A DNA stretch of 64,000 bases from Lysobacterales bacterium (GTDB lineage Bacteria > Pseudomonadota > Gammaproteobacteria > Xanthomonadales > Xanthomonadaceae): the NCBI GenBank assembly GCA_038216155.1, contig JBBQQH010000002.1, positions 108 to 64,107 of the forward strand. Reading direction: 5' to 3'. The position numbers and the translations under genes were made by a program. Below, one piece after another: positions 38,730 to 47,822 of this stretch. The notes under the pieces are model-generated. The model was not told the DNA's origin, did not search any database, and saw nothing but the letters and a program-made list of their open reading frames with translations. Numbering within the stretch: position 1 is the first letter of the stretch; each line of letters opens with the position of its first letter.

Positions 38730-39566
38730 TCAATGTTCGTCCAATGGAGCGGTTTGCGCCGGCTGCGGTTGACGGCGTTCATCCTCAGGCGCTGGCGCCT
38801 CACGCTGTGGCGCGGCATTTGCGGGCGCATCAAAATCGCCCGCGACCGGCGGGTCGTACACGCGCTCGGTGGACTGCTCGTCACGTCGATCACTGACCGC
38901 GTTGGTTTCTTCCAATTTATCGCGAAAATCCACCACCTGCACTGGCGGCGCTGCGACCCGACCCTCGAAGATCATTCGCGGCGTGGTGTCGGGGCCATAC
39001 ACAGCCTCGTTGGAATGATCGTCGATCGCAATCACCGCGCCGTTCAATGCGATCCCGGCGAACAGGCCGCGGGCGCGCGAGTACGAATAGATTTCGGCGC
39101 GCAGATTGCCGTCCGTCGCGACTTCGCCGGCGCGACCAACCGGCCCGGCGGCCACCGACGCATCGGCGCCGAGAGTGAATTTGCCGTTGACGATCGAATC
39201 CACGCCGCGGCGCGTGTTGAAGATCAGCACCACATCAGCGCTTTGCACGCCGACCTGGAAGCCGATGCTGGCGCCGGTCAGGGTAATGAAGGTGGGGTTG
39301 CTCCAGGTGCCGTCTGCACTGCGCACGGCGATCAGTCCGCGCCCGCGGCGGCCCGCAACCACGAAGCCGGCTCGCACGACATGCGGAATCACCGCGATCG
39401 CCTGCGCGTGATCGAACATCGCTTGCGGAATGCCGTCTTCCGGAATGCGCATGATCTCGTCGAGCACCTGAGACGCATCGCGGGAGCGATCGAGTTCAGG
39501 CGCACCAGCAAATGCGGGGGCCATGGCTAGCAGCAGGCTTGTTGCGAGGATCGTCCAGCGGCGCAT
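38730..39566 (-). CDS. secreted SYLF (Ysc84/DUF500) lipid-binding domain protein
   Basis: It has a signal peptide and SYLF-type blocks: GRRGRGLIAVR...GTWSNPTFITLTGASIGFQVG...FTLGADASVAAGPVGR...YSYSRARGLFAGIAL. The C-terminal tail is low-complexity. Confidence 0.7.
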   Translation of the reverse strand: MRRWTILATSLLLAMAPAFAGAPELDRSRDASQVLDEIMRIPEDGIPQAMFDHAQAIAVIPHVVRAGFVVAGRRGRGLIAVRSADGTWSNPTFITLTGASIGFQVGVQSADVVLIFNTRRGVDSIVNGKFTLGADASVAAGPVGRAGEVATDGNLRAEIYSYSRARGLFAGIALNGAVIAIDDHSNEAVYGPDTTPRMIFEGRVAAPPVQVVDFRDKLEETNAVSDRRDEQSTERVYDPPVAGDFDAPANAAPQREAPAPEDERRQPQPAQTAPLDEH

Positions 39567-39785
39567 GCGGGCTCCGGGTGAGTTTGGGGGGAATGCATTT
39601 GGCTCCCGATTTCAAGATCGAGGCAAGCCAACATCGGCGAATCAATGCGAGAAGTTGAAAGTATCGCGCATGGCAATGAATCGGGAATGAGTCGGCGCCA
39701 CACTCCGTCGACGATTCCTTGATCGCCGCGATGCTATGGTTGCGCCCGCCATCGAGGCGCCTCTCCCCACCGATGCGATTGACCG

Positions 39786-40814
39786 ATGCAATCGATGTTC
39801 CCCACCGAACCCGGCACCGCGGTGCTGATCGTGAACCTTGGCACGCCCGATGCGCCGGATGCGGCGTCGGTGCGGCGTTTTCTTGCGCAATTCCTGCACG
39901 ATCACCGCGTGGTCGACCTGACCCGCTGGCTCTGGTGTCCGCTGCTGCATGGCGTAATCCTGCCGCTGCGCTCGCCGCGGGTGGCGCGCAAGTACAAGGA
40001 GGTCTGGATTGCAGGTGAGGGCTCGCCATTGCGCGTTCACACCCAAGCTCTGACCGATGCCATCGCCACCCGATTGCCCGGCGTGCGCGTGGCGATGGCG
40101 ATGCGCTACGGAAATCCCGGAATTCCAGAAGTGCTGCGCGGCCTGCGCAATGGCGGTAACGAGCAGGCCGATGGTGGCCCTAATCATCTGCGCCAGTTGC
40201 TGGTATTGCCGCTGTATCCGCAATACTCGGCGACGACGACGGCGAGTGTGTTCGACGCCGTCGGTGCCGAACTGGCGCGCTGGGAAAATCAGCCCGCACT
40301 GCGCAGCATTCGTGACTACCATCAGGATGCGGCGTGGCTCGACGCGCAGGCCGAGCAGATCGCCCGCCTGCGTGGCGATGCACCGGGTCAGAAGCTGTTG
40401 CTGTCCTTCCACGGCATTCCCGAGCGCTACGTGCAACGCGGCGATCCGTATCCACGCGAATGCGAAGCCAGCGCGGCAGCAATTGCGGAACGACTGCATC
40501 TCACGCCCGATCAATGGCTGTTGAGCTACCAGTCGCGCTTTGGCCGCGAACGCTGGCTCGGTCCGGCCACGATTGAGGTACTCCGTGATTGGGGCCGGGC
40601 CGGTATTCGCACGGTCGATGTCATCTGTCCCGGGTTTGCGGTGGATTGCCTGGAAACACTGGAGGAAATCGCGCTGTTCAACGCAGAGGCATTTCGCGAC
40701 GCTGGTGGGCAGACGCTGCGTTATCTGCCGGCGCTCAATGCCGAACCCGCGCACGCCGACGCGCTGGCGGCACTGATCCGTCGCAACCTGGTCGGCTGGA
40801 GCACTGCTGCATGA
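39786..40814 (+). CDS. hemH: ferrochelatase
   Basis: It has LIVNLGTPDAP, LPLYPQYS, and the HGIPERY and CPGF..DCLETLEE blocks. Confidence 0.93.
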   Translation: MQSMFPTEPGTAVLIVNLGTPDAPDAASVRRFLAQFLHDHRVVDLTRWLWCPLLHGVILPLRSPRVARKYKEVWIAGEGSPLRVHTQALTDAIATRLPGVRVAMAMRYGNPGIPEVLRGLRNGGNEQADGGPNHLRQLLVLPLYPQYSATTTASVFDAVGAELARWENQPALRSIRDYHQDAAWLDAQAEQIARLRGDAPGQKLLLSFHGIPERYVQRGDPYPRECEASAAAIAERLHLTPDQWLLSYQSRFGRERWLGPATIEVLRDWGRAGIRTVDVICPGFAVDCLETLEEIALFNAEAFRDAGGQTLRYLPALNAEPAHADALAALIRRNLVGWSTAA

Positions 40815-41743
40815 GCGACACGCGGTCCGCATCGACGCCCGCCCTGCGCGAAATCGAAATCGACACCGCGCGCGGCCGCATCAACGCCTTGCGCATCCAT
40901 CGACAGGCTCAGGACGATCGGGACCCGCAGCGCCCGCCGCTGCTGGCCTTGCACGGATGGCTCGACAACGCCGCGAGTTTCATCCCGCTGGCACCGTATC
41001 TGGAAGCTTTCGACTTGGTCGCACTAGACCTGCCCGGCCACGGCGCGTCCGCGCATCGGCCGCCGGGTTACGACTACGTGTTCGTCGACTGGATTCACGA
41101 CGTGCTCGACGTGCTCGATGTGCTCGGCTGGTCGCAAGCCTGCGTGCTGGGTCATTCGATGGGCGGCGCGATTGCCACGCTGGTTGCCGCGGCCGCGCCC
41201 GAGCGCGTGCAACGGCTTGCATTGATTGAAGCACTCGGGCCGCTGGCTGGTGATCCGTCACAGGCCGGCACGCGCCTGCGCGAAACGGTTGCCACCCGGC
41301 GCTCGGTCGCCAGCCGCTTTGCGCCGGACGGAATCCGAAGCAACGGCCCGCGAGTGATCGCCGATATCGACACTGCGGTTGCCGCGCGGCTCGCGGTCAA
41401 TCGCATGAGCGATGAGGCTGCACGCCTGATCGTCAGCCGCAATCTGGCCGAAGTCGATGGGGGATTCATCTGGCGCAGCGATGCGCGCCTGACTCTGCCG
41501 ACGCAGATGCGTCTGGGCGAGGACGCAGTCCGCGACATCATCGCCGCCATTGAAGCGCCGACCTTGCTGATCGCTGCCGATCCGCCGCCACCGTATTTCA
41601 CCGCAGGGCTTCGCGACGCACGCTTTGCATGCCTGCGCGATGGCCGCATGCAACTCGTGCCCGGCGGCCATCACCTGCACATGGAACAGCCGCAGGTGAT
41701 CGCGCCGATGCTGCTGGATTTTCTGTTGGGTAGTGCTGTTTAA
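40811..41743 (+). CDS. alpha/beta-fold hydrolase
   Basis: It overlaps hemH by ATGA. It has the oxyanion HGW motif (LLALHGWLDNAASF) and the nucleophile elbow GHSMGG. Confidence 0.8.
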   Translation: MSDTRSASTPALREIEIDTARGRINALRIHRQAQDDRDPQRPPLLALHGWLDNAASFIPLAPYLEAFDLVALDLPGHGASAHRPPGYDYVFVDWIHDVLDVLDVLGWSQACVLGHSMGGAIATLVAAAAPERVQRLALIEALGPLAGDPSQAGTRLRETVATRRSVASRFAPDGIRSNGPRVIADIDTAVAARLAVNRMSDEAARLIVSRNLAEVDGGFIWRSDARLTLPTQMRLGEDAVRDIIAAIEAPTLLIAADPPPPYFTAGLRDARFACLRDGRMQLVPGGHHLHMEQPQVIAPMLLDFLLGSAV

Positions 41744-41748
41744 CTCGT

Positions 41749-41878
41749 CATTCCCGCGAAGGCGGAAGCGCTTCTCAACAGCCGCACGGCTGGTCTACCC
41801 ATGGACTTTCGCTGTCCGATCTACAAGGCGCTGGATTCCCGCTTGACCATCCATTCGGCTGTTAAAGCCGCGGGAATG
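41749..41878. repeat. MITE/REP-like element with 10-bp terminal inverted repeats
   Basis: cattcccgcg (41749-41758) pairs with cgcgggaatg (41869-41878). The interior contains ctggattcccgc, which recurs in the related element at 57808-57890. Confidence 0.65.
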
Positions 41879-41948
41879 TCGAGCAAAACAGCGCGCTGGT
41901 GAAATCGGAAGTGATACGCAATTGGTTCGATTGCCATGGCAAAAGGTT

Positions 41949-42743
41949 TTAACGCGCAATCCCCAACACGCATCGCAGCTCCGCCTTCAGCGCAACCCCT
42001 TCGCCATGCAGATAAGCACGCTCCTCGCGCCACTGCGGCCAGCGTACTTCGACCGCGTTCCAGAACGTACGCGAATGGTTGCGATGCAGCAGATGACACA
42101 GCTCGTGCACCAGCACGTATTCAAATGCCGACGGTCGTCCCAGCACCAAGGCAAGATCGAGCGACAACGCATCGCGCGCGCTCAGCGATCCCCACAACGA
42201 TGACAGCGGACGAAAACGAACAGCCGATGGTGGACGCGGAAAAGTGTCGAGATATTTCGGCAACCAGCGCGCGACATCCGCACGCGCTTCGATCAGATAA
42301 AACTCGCGCAACGCGCGCTGCGCCGATGCAATACCAGCGCGCGCCGGCAACTGGATGACGACGGCATCGTCCTCGCGCGCCACGCGCACATAGCGACCTT
42401 CGCGCCATGTCAGCAGAATGCGCTCGCCGCGTAGAGAAATCGATTCGGTTTCCAACCCGAATGGCGCAAGATCGTGTGCTGACTTCCAGCGTGGAAGTTG
42501 TGCCGCAACCCAGTCGCGATGCGCAAGCAAGAATGCATCCGCCGCGCGCAGTGACGCCCGCATCGGCAACGTCAACCGCACCCCGCGCTCGCTCACCGAC
42601 AACTTGATACGCCGCGCCCGCGGATGCCGCACGCGCAGCACCGGAATCTCGGTGTCGTCGGCCAATCGCAAGGTGATCGATTCGCTGCACACGACGGACT
42701 GGACGCGCGACGGTGCGATCAAGCGGCGCAGGAAGGAAGTCAT
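41949..42743 (-). CDS. YgjP-like (DUF45/M48-type) metal-dependent hydrolase
   Basis: It has the HExxH motif in VLVHELCHLLHRNHSRTFW near the C-terminus. The ATG at 42743 (MTSFLRRL) is conserved in the pseudo-copy at 46660. Confidence 0.8.
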   Translation of the reverse strand: MTSFLRRLIAPSRVQSVVCSESITLRLADDTEIPVLRVRHPRARRIKLSVSERGVRLTLPMRASLRAADAFLLAHRDWVAAQLPRWKSAHDLAPFGLETESISLRGERILLTWREGRYVRVAREDDAVVIQLPARAGIASAQRALREFYLIEARADVARWLPKYLDTFPRPPSAVRFRPLSSLWGSLSARDALSLDLALVLGRPSAFEYVLVHELCHLLHRNHSRTFWNAVEVRWPQWREERAYLHGEGVALKAELRCVLGIAR

Positions 42744-42990
42744 TGGCACAGCATGCTGAAGCGAAACTTGCTGTCAAGCGCGTTTGCGTCAGTTTATACA
42801 GGAGCGTGCCAATGGTTGGTTTGGCTGGACAATTCCGCTACTAGCTACCGCCGCCTTGTGCCAGAAGCGGACATTCGCCAATGGATCACGACCCAAGTGT
42901 CAGGAAGAACGTGATCTGGCAAGCCAGAGCCTTTCAAAAGCACTGTTTACGACTCGCTGGAAATTCTCATTTGCGACGCTCCATTCCACA

Positions 42991-44085
42991 TCAGGCAGAA
43001 CCATTCGCGAGGATTGGGGTCCGCTGCGGCTCCGTCGGGAACATATGCCGGAGCAGCCGACCGAGCACACCGCCGTACTGCTTCCAAAATCCGCCGGTGT
43101 TGTAGTGCACGCCGTAGCGTGCGCAGATCTCGCGCACGCGCGGGGCGATCTCCGAATAGCGCGTCGCCGGCATGTCGGGAAACAGGTGATGCTCTATCTG
43201 GTGGCTGAGCTGTCCGCTGAGCAGGTGGAAGAGGCGACTGCCCTCGAGATTGCCCGATCCCTGGATCTGGCGCAGGTACCATTGGCCGCGAGTTTCGTCG
43301 ATGACTTCAAGGGTACTGTAGGTGTGCACGTCCTCGGTGAAGTGCCCGCAGAAGATGATCGCATTCGTCCATAGGTTGCGGATCAGGTTGGCGACCAAGT
43401 TACCCAGTAGCACGCGCGGCCACTGCCAGAATGCGAGCGCGGGAAACAGCACGTAGTCCTTGAACAACTGCAGGCCCGCCTTGCGCAGGAACGGGCGCAT
43501 GCGTTCGCGGAATTCGCCCTTTTGCATGCGTCCCTTCACGAAACGCCCGATCTTGATGTCGTGGACGGCAACGCCCCACTGGAAATTCATCGCCAACAAC
43601 AGGAACCACAGCGGTTGCAGCAGGTTGGCTTTGTTCCAGCGCTGCTGCTCGCTCAGGCGCAGCATGCCGTAGCCAAAGTCGTGGTCCTTGCCGATGATGT
43701 TGGTATGGTTGTGGTGCTCGACGTTGTGCGAATTCCTCCAATGATCGCCGTCGCAGACGATGTCCCACTCGTAGGTCTGCGAGTTCAAGGAGGGGTCGTT
43801 CATCCAGTCGTACTGGCCGTGCATCACGTTGTGCCCGACTTCCATGTTCTCGATGATCTTGGCGAGCGCCAGGCCGATCACGCCGCCGATCCAGCTGATC
43901 GGGCCGAAGCCGAACATCAGCATCGAGCGACCGCCAATGGCGAGCCCTTGCACGATGTGGCGCATGCGATGGATGTGACGGGCGTCGCGCTCGCCGACGT
44001 CGACCATGACTTTGGAGCGCAGCGCATCGAGCTCTGCGGCGAAGCGGGCGGCGGTATCGATATCCATGCGGGTCTTGCTGGCCAT
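42991..44085 (-). CDS. desB: membrane fatty-acid (acyl-CoA-type) desaturase, DesB-like
   Basis: It has three His boxes (HNVMHGQYD, HNVEHHNHTN, HQIEHHLFP). It lies downstream of a ferredoxin-reductase gene and is divergent from a FabR/DesT-type regulator, as in the P. aeruginosa desT-desCB locus. The symbol is assigned by analogy only. Confidence 0.8.
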   Translation of the reverse strand: MASKTRMDIDTAARFAAELDALRSKVMVDVGERDARHIHRMRHIVQGLAIGGRSMLMFGFGPISWIGGVIGLALAKIIENMEVGHNVMHGQYDWMNDPSLNSQTYEWDIVCDGDHWRNSHNVEHHNHTNIIGKDHDFGYGMLRLSEQQRWNKANLLQPLWFLLLAMNFQWGVAVHDIKIGRFVKGRMQKGEFRERMRPFLRKAGLQLFKDYVLFPALAFWQWPRVLLGNLVANLIRNLWTNAIIFCGHFTEDVHTYSTLEVIDETRGQWYLRQIQGSGNLEGSRLFHLLSGQLSHQIEHHLFPDMPATRYSEIAPRVREICARYGVHYNTGGFWKQYGGVLGRLLRHMFPTEPQRTPILANGSA

Positions 44086-44101
44086 GCAGGGTTCCTTGGA
44101 G

Positions 44102-45199
44102 TCAGAGCGCGAGTTCGACAGCGCTTTGCGGAGTGGAGATGCAGAGTTGGATCAGCTCTTCGCCGGGACCGGAGACCTGGCCGGTCAACAGGTTGGTCAC
44201 AGTGCCGCTGCGCTTGCGGCACTGGCAGGTGCGACAGATGCCGCGCCGGCAACCGAAGCGCGGCGAAAGACCCGCCGCTTCCGCGCCATCAAGCAGGCTC
44301 TGGCCGGCATTTACAGTGAACGATCGTTCGGAATTTTCAAACGCCACCGCATGCACCATCGCGTCGTGATCGATCGGTGCCGCGCGGCGGCCGAAGCTTT
44401 CGTTCTGCAGATGTTCGCCCAGACCGGCGTCCGCATAGATCGACTCGACGACGCGCATGAATCCGTCCGGGCCACACAACAAGGTCTCGCGTCCGGCCCA
44501 GTCGGGTACCAGTCGTGCATACGCCTGCGCGTCCATCCGACCCTCGCTTACGCTGGCATGTGTCACAACGCGCAGCCCGGGCAAGCGAGCAGCCAGCGCG
44601 CGCAACTCGTCGGCGAAGATCAGGTCGGTGGGCGACCGGGTGCTTTGCAGCAGCACGACGTCGCGTGCGCAGCGCGCGTCGGCAAGACCGTGCAACAACG
44701 ACATCATCGGGGTTGCGCCGCTGCCGGCGCAGACCAGCAGCAGGCTTGCAGCGCTGTCACTCGGTGCAAACACGCCCTGCGCTTTGCCCAGCCGCACGAC
44801 CGCGCCTGCTGCGAGCGCATGCGCCGCAGTCGATACAGGGCCGTTGTCCTTGCGCTTGATCGTCAGCCGGATTATGCCGTCGCCGCGCGGCGCATTCGAA
44901 ATGCTGAAACAGCGCGCATGCCGCGCGCCGCCGATCTTGAGTTCCAGCAGCACATGCTGGCCCGAGCGAAAACCCTCAAAGTGCCGGTTGGGTTTGAGCC
45001 ACAGGCTCCGCACCCCGGGTGCTTCGTCCACGACTTCATGCACGCGCGCCAGCGTCTCGGACAACGACCACACCGGGTTGATCGCCGCAACGAGCGGATT
45101 CCAAATCTCTGGCCGATTGAACGGTGCCCACATCGGATGCCGCCAGGCCTGACGATGCCGGGCAGTGCTGCGGCTATGCTGGTGCTGCGAAGAGATCAT
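44102..45199 (-). CDS. desC: FNR-type flavin reductase fused to a 2Fe-2S ferredoxin domain, DesC-like
   Basis: It has an FAD/NAD-binding module (RCFSISN, LLLVCAGSGATPMMS) and a C-terminal plant-type ferredoxin Cys cluster (CRRGICRTCQC). The symbol is assigned by analogy only. Confidence 0.8.
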   Translation of the reverse strand: MISSQHQHSRSTARHRQAWRHPMWAPFNRPEIWNPLVAAINPVWSLSETLARVHEVVDEAPGVRSLWLKPNRHFEGFRSGQHVLLELKIGGARHARCFSISNAPRGDGIIRLTIKRKDNGPVSTAAHALAAGAVVRLGKAQGVFAPSDSAASLLLVCAGSGATPMMSLLHGLADARCARDVVLLQSTRSPTDLIFADELRALAARLPGLRVVTHASVSEGRMDAQAYARLVPDWAGRETLLCGPDGFMRVVESIYADAGLGEHLQNESFGRRAAPIDHDAMVHAVAFENSERSFTVNAGQSLLDGAEAAGLSPRFGCRRGICRTCQCRKRSGTVTNLLTGQVSGPGEELIQLCISTPQSAVELAL

Positions 45200-45219
45200 G
45201 GCGAAGCGTCTCGACTTAT

Positions 45220-45237
45220 AGTGAACATATGTTCACT
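45220..45237. promoter_or_regulatory. putative DesT/FabR operator (perfect 18-bp palindrome)
   Basis: AGTGAACATATGTTCACT lies in the 76-bp divergent region, 20 nt from the desC-like start (45199) and 38 nt from the regulator ATG (45276). Its half-site resembles the FabR/DesT operator type. Confidence 0.65.
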
Positions 45238-45275
45238 CACATTTGCTGAGTTTACACTCCAATTCCCAAGTACCG

Positions 45276-46001
45276 ATGACCACCTATACTTCGCGTCTGG
45301 TCCAGGAACGCGGATCCCTTCGCTGGAGAGCCCCCTTGCCATCGAACCAACGCGCGTCGACACGAACCCAGGCAGAAGCGCCAACCACGCGCGCCGAGCA
45401 AAAGGAGCGCACGCGCCTGCGCCTGGTCGAGGCCGCGCTGGTCCTAATCGGCCAGGGCCGGAGTTTTTCCTCGCTGAGCCTGCGCGAAATCACCCGGGAG
45501 GCCGGCATCGTGCCCGCTGCGTTCTATCGCCATTTCCGCGATCTCGATGAACTGGGGCTGGCGCTGGTCGAGATGGGCGGCGCCACCCTGCGACGATTAC
45601 TCCGGGAAGCGAGACGCGATGGCATTCCGCCGACCGACATGCTGCGCGGCTCGGTGCTGATCTACAAACGCTTTGTCGAGGAACGCAGCCTGGTGTTCCG
45701 CTTCATCGCCGGCGAGCGCGGTGGTGGGTCGCGGGTAATCCGCGACGCGATCCGCAGCGAGGAAAGCCACTTCGCCTCCGAAATGGTCCAGGACCTGCGC
45801 ACGCTGGGCACCTTGCCCGATCTTTCCACCGCCACGATGCAGATGATCTGCGGACTGGTGGTCACCACGATGCTTAACGCCGCCTCCGACATCCTCGATC
45901 TCCCCGAGCGCCAGCCCAAGCGCGAGAAGGAGCTTGTCGACAATTTCGTTTGGCAGTTACGCGTAGTGTTCCTGGGCGCGGCGCGCTGGCGCGAGCGCTG
46001 A
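45276..46001 (+). CDS. desT: TetR-family repressor of unsaturated fatty-acid synthesis (FabR/DesT-like)
   Basis: RAEQKERTRLRLVEAALVLIGQGRSFSSLSLREITREAGIVPAAFYRHFRDLDELGL closely parallels the E. coli FabR HTH region. I prefer the ATG at 45276 to the track's TTG at 45243. Confidence 0.8.
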   Translation: MTTYTSRLVQERGSLRWRAPLPSNQRASTRTQAEAPTTRAEQKERTRLRLVEAALVLIGQGRSFSSLSLREITREAGIVPAAFYRHFRDLDELGLALVEMGGATLRRLLREARRDGIPPTDMLRGSVLIYKRFVEERSLVFRFIAGERGGGSRVIRDAIRSEESHFASEMVQDLRTLGTLPDLSTATMQMICGLVVTTMLNAASDILDLPERQPKREKELVDNFVWQLRVVFLGAARWRER

Positions 46002-46074
46002 ACAGGTCAATTTCGAGCGGCTTGTCGGATGCATTCGCCGCGACTGTCCACAATGGGTCGGGAGCGGACCTTAG

Positions 46075-46286
46075 AGCCGACTTATATATGAATCCGCAGC
46101 GCTCAGCTTAAACGCCTTCTCCAGCCGCACAAACAGCCGCTTCAATTCGCCGCTCATCAACGCAAAACGTGCATCGAGTTCGGCGTGCAGGAAATCGCGT
46201 TCGGTGTTTTCGAGTTGATCGACGGCGCCGCCGAGGAACTTGAGTTTGCGCACGATCAGGCCTTCGCCGAGCACAAAGCTCATGTG
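46075..46286 (-). pseudogene. fragment: duplicate of the rdgC 3' end
   Basis: It encodes HMSFVLGEGLIVRKLKFLGGAVDQLENTERDFLHAELDARFALMSGELKRLFVRLEKAFKLSAADS, nearly identical to the C-terminus of the intact rdgC gene (aligns with about 47925-48130). There is no N-terminal part. Confidence 0.85.
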
Positions 46287-46666
46287 TCCTCGCGCAGGAC
46301 GTACACATAGCGCCACTCGCGCCATGACAGGGGAATGCGTTCTCCGCGCAGCGATTTGGAATCGCTCTCCGCTCAGAATGGCGCGAGATCGAGCGCGGAC
46401 TTCCAGCGTGGCAGCTGCGCCGCAACCCAGTCGCGATGCGCAAGCAAAAATGCATCCGCCGCGCGTAATGACGCGCGCATCGGCAACGTCAACCGCACCC
46501 CGCGCTCACTCACAGACACCTTGATCCGCCGCGCCCGAGGATGCCGCACGCGCAGCACTGGAACTTCGACGCCGTCGGCCAACCGCAATGCAATGGTTTC
46601 GCTTGCAGCGACCGGCTGGACGCGCGACGGTGCGATCAGGCGGCGCAGGAAAGAAGACATACGCAC
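46287..46666 (-). pseudogene. fragment: duplicate of the ygjP-like gene 5' end
   Basis: It encodes M(R)MSSFLRRLIAPSRVQPVAASETIALRLADGVEVPVLRVRHPRARRIKVSVSERGVRLTLPMRASLRAADAFLLAHRDWVAAQLPRWKS..., which aligns with 42370-42749. It is truncated and lacks the HExxH part. It is fused directly to the rdgC fragment. Confidence 0.85.
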
Positions 46667-46747
46667 AGCATGAAGTCGGAGCGCGGGCTGTCAAGCAGCT
46701 GCAGCACAGAGGCGATCTGGCACGCAAAGACCTTATTGGTAGCCCAG

Positions 46748-47077
46748 TCAAAGATACTGGAAACGCCGCCTTGCCTTGAACTTCACGACGTCCATTGCAC
46801 GACGGAAGTTTGGAAACAAAAATCCCCAGATGAACAGCAAGGCTACAGAAGCAACGACCGGCAACGCATTGAAAGAGTAAATCCACAACATCGCGAATGA
46901 CAGCCAAACGACGACCCAAAAAGTATATACGGCCAAGAATTTACGTTTGAAATTACGCCGGCTCAGCTTACGCAGATCATCTTCAACCGCAGACTTTGAC
47001 CAATAGCAAATCCCCATCGTCGCGAACATCGACAATACAAGGACAAGTGTTGCAACGATGAAAACGATGGCGATCAT
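46748..47077 (-). CDS. hypothetical small membrane protein (AT-richer islet)
   Basis: 109-aa ORF with an ATG start. It has three hydrophobic helices separated by K/R-rich loops and no recognisable family. Its base composition differs clearly from the flanks. Confidence 0.5.
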   Translation of the reverse strand: MIAIVFIVATLVLVLSMFATMGICYWSKSAVEDDLRKLSRRNFKRKFLAVYTFWVVVWLSFAMLWIYSFNALPVVASVALLFIWGFLFPNFRRAMDVVKFKARRRFQYL

Positions 47078-47330
47078 GGTGGTCTACTGCGTCGAACCCA
47101 TTGCGCAAGGAGCAAGTCTACAGATGAACGCCAAAGCTAGGCAATCAACAAGCTGCGCGGGAAAGATGACATGGGCAAATCATGCTGAGCGAAGGTTGCT
47201 GTCAATGGGCTTTGCGTCACTCCACCTCGAAGCGTGCCAACGTTTGGTATGGCTGGGCAAGGCGGCTGCGAACGATCGAGGCCTTCGTGCCGAAAACGGT
47301 CCTCGGAGAATGTAAGTGGATATAAGCGAT

Positions 47331-47822
47331 TCAACCGCCACATTGCCTTTGGTAGGCCGGCTGGCCGCGGTATGGAAGGGAGCAGACAGGACTCGCTTGG
47401 CCAAGGATTGCACATGACGATTTCGTTGAATTTCCAACTTCGGAATAAAGCTCCGCGAGAGTGGAATTGTTTCGTTCGTCGGAGACCACATCAGGCAGGT
47501 GGGCTTCTCGTCTTTGTATCAGAGCGTATAGGAGCAGCGTCTTTCCTGATGGGCCGCTGTAGCCCTTGGTCCGCTCTCTCTGAAAGTCGTATTTTGCCAA
47601 ATAAAAGACCCGATCATTCCAATATTGTTGCCAATACTCCGGTGAGTACGGCTTGGTCATCCAACCATTCGGGAGAAGCTTTTCGGTTTCAGCCACTACG
47701 CTGCTATCTATCCCACAGATTAATTCACCACCCATCCAGCGATTTTGCGCTCGCTCGTTAATTGCCGCGACGCACCCAGTCAAACAGAGAACTAGCAGCA
47801 AAACTTCAATCGTTCGCCTCAT
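47331..47822 (-). CDS. hypothetical lipoprotein (AT-richer islet)
   Basis: 163-aa ORF with an ATG start. Its signal peptide has the lipobox LCLTGC. The mature part is W/Y-rich and matches no family I recognise. Confidence 0.5.
   Translation of the reverse strand: MRRTIEVLLLVLCLTGCVAAINERAQNRWMGGELICGIDSSVVAETEKLLPNGWMTKPYSPEYWQQYWNDRVFYLAKYDFQRERTKGYSGPSGKTLLLYALIQRREAHLPDVVSDERNNSTLAELYSEVGNSTKSSCAILGQASPVCSLPYRGQPAYQRQCGG

Noticed and set aside
39642-40832. 396-aa minus-strand ORF
   Set aside because: It is antisense to hemH and has no recognisable domain.
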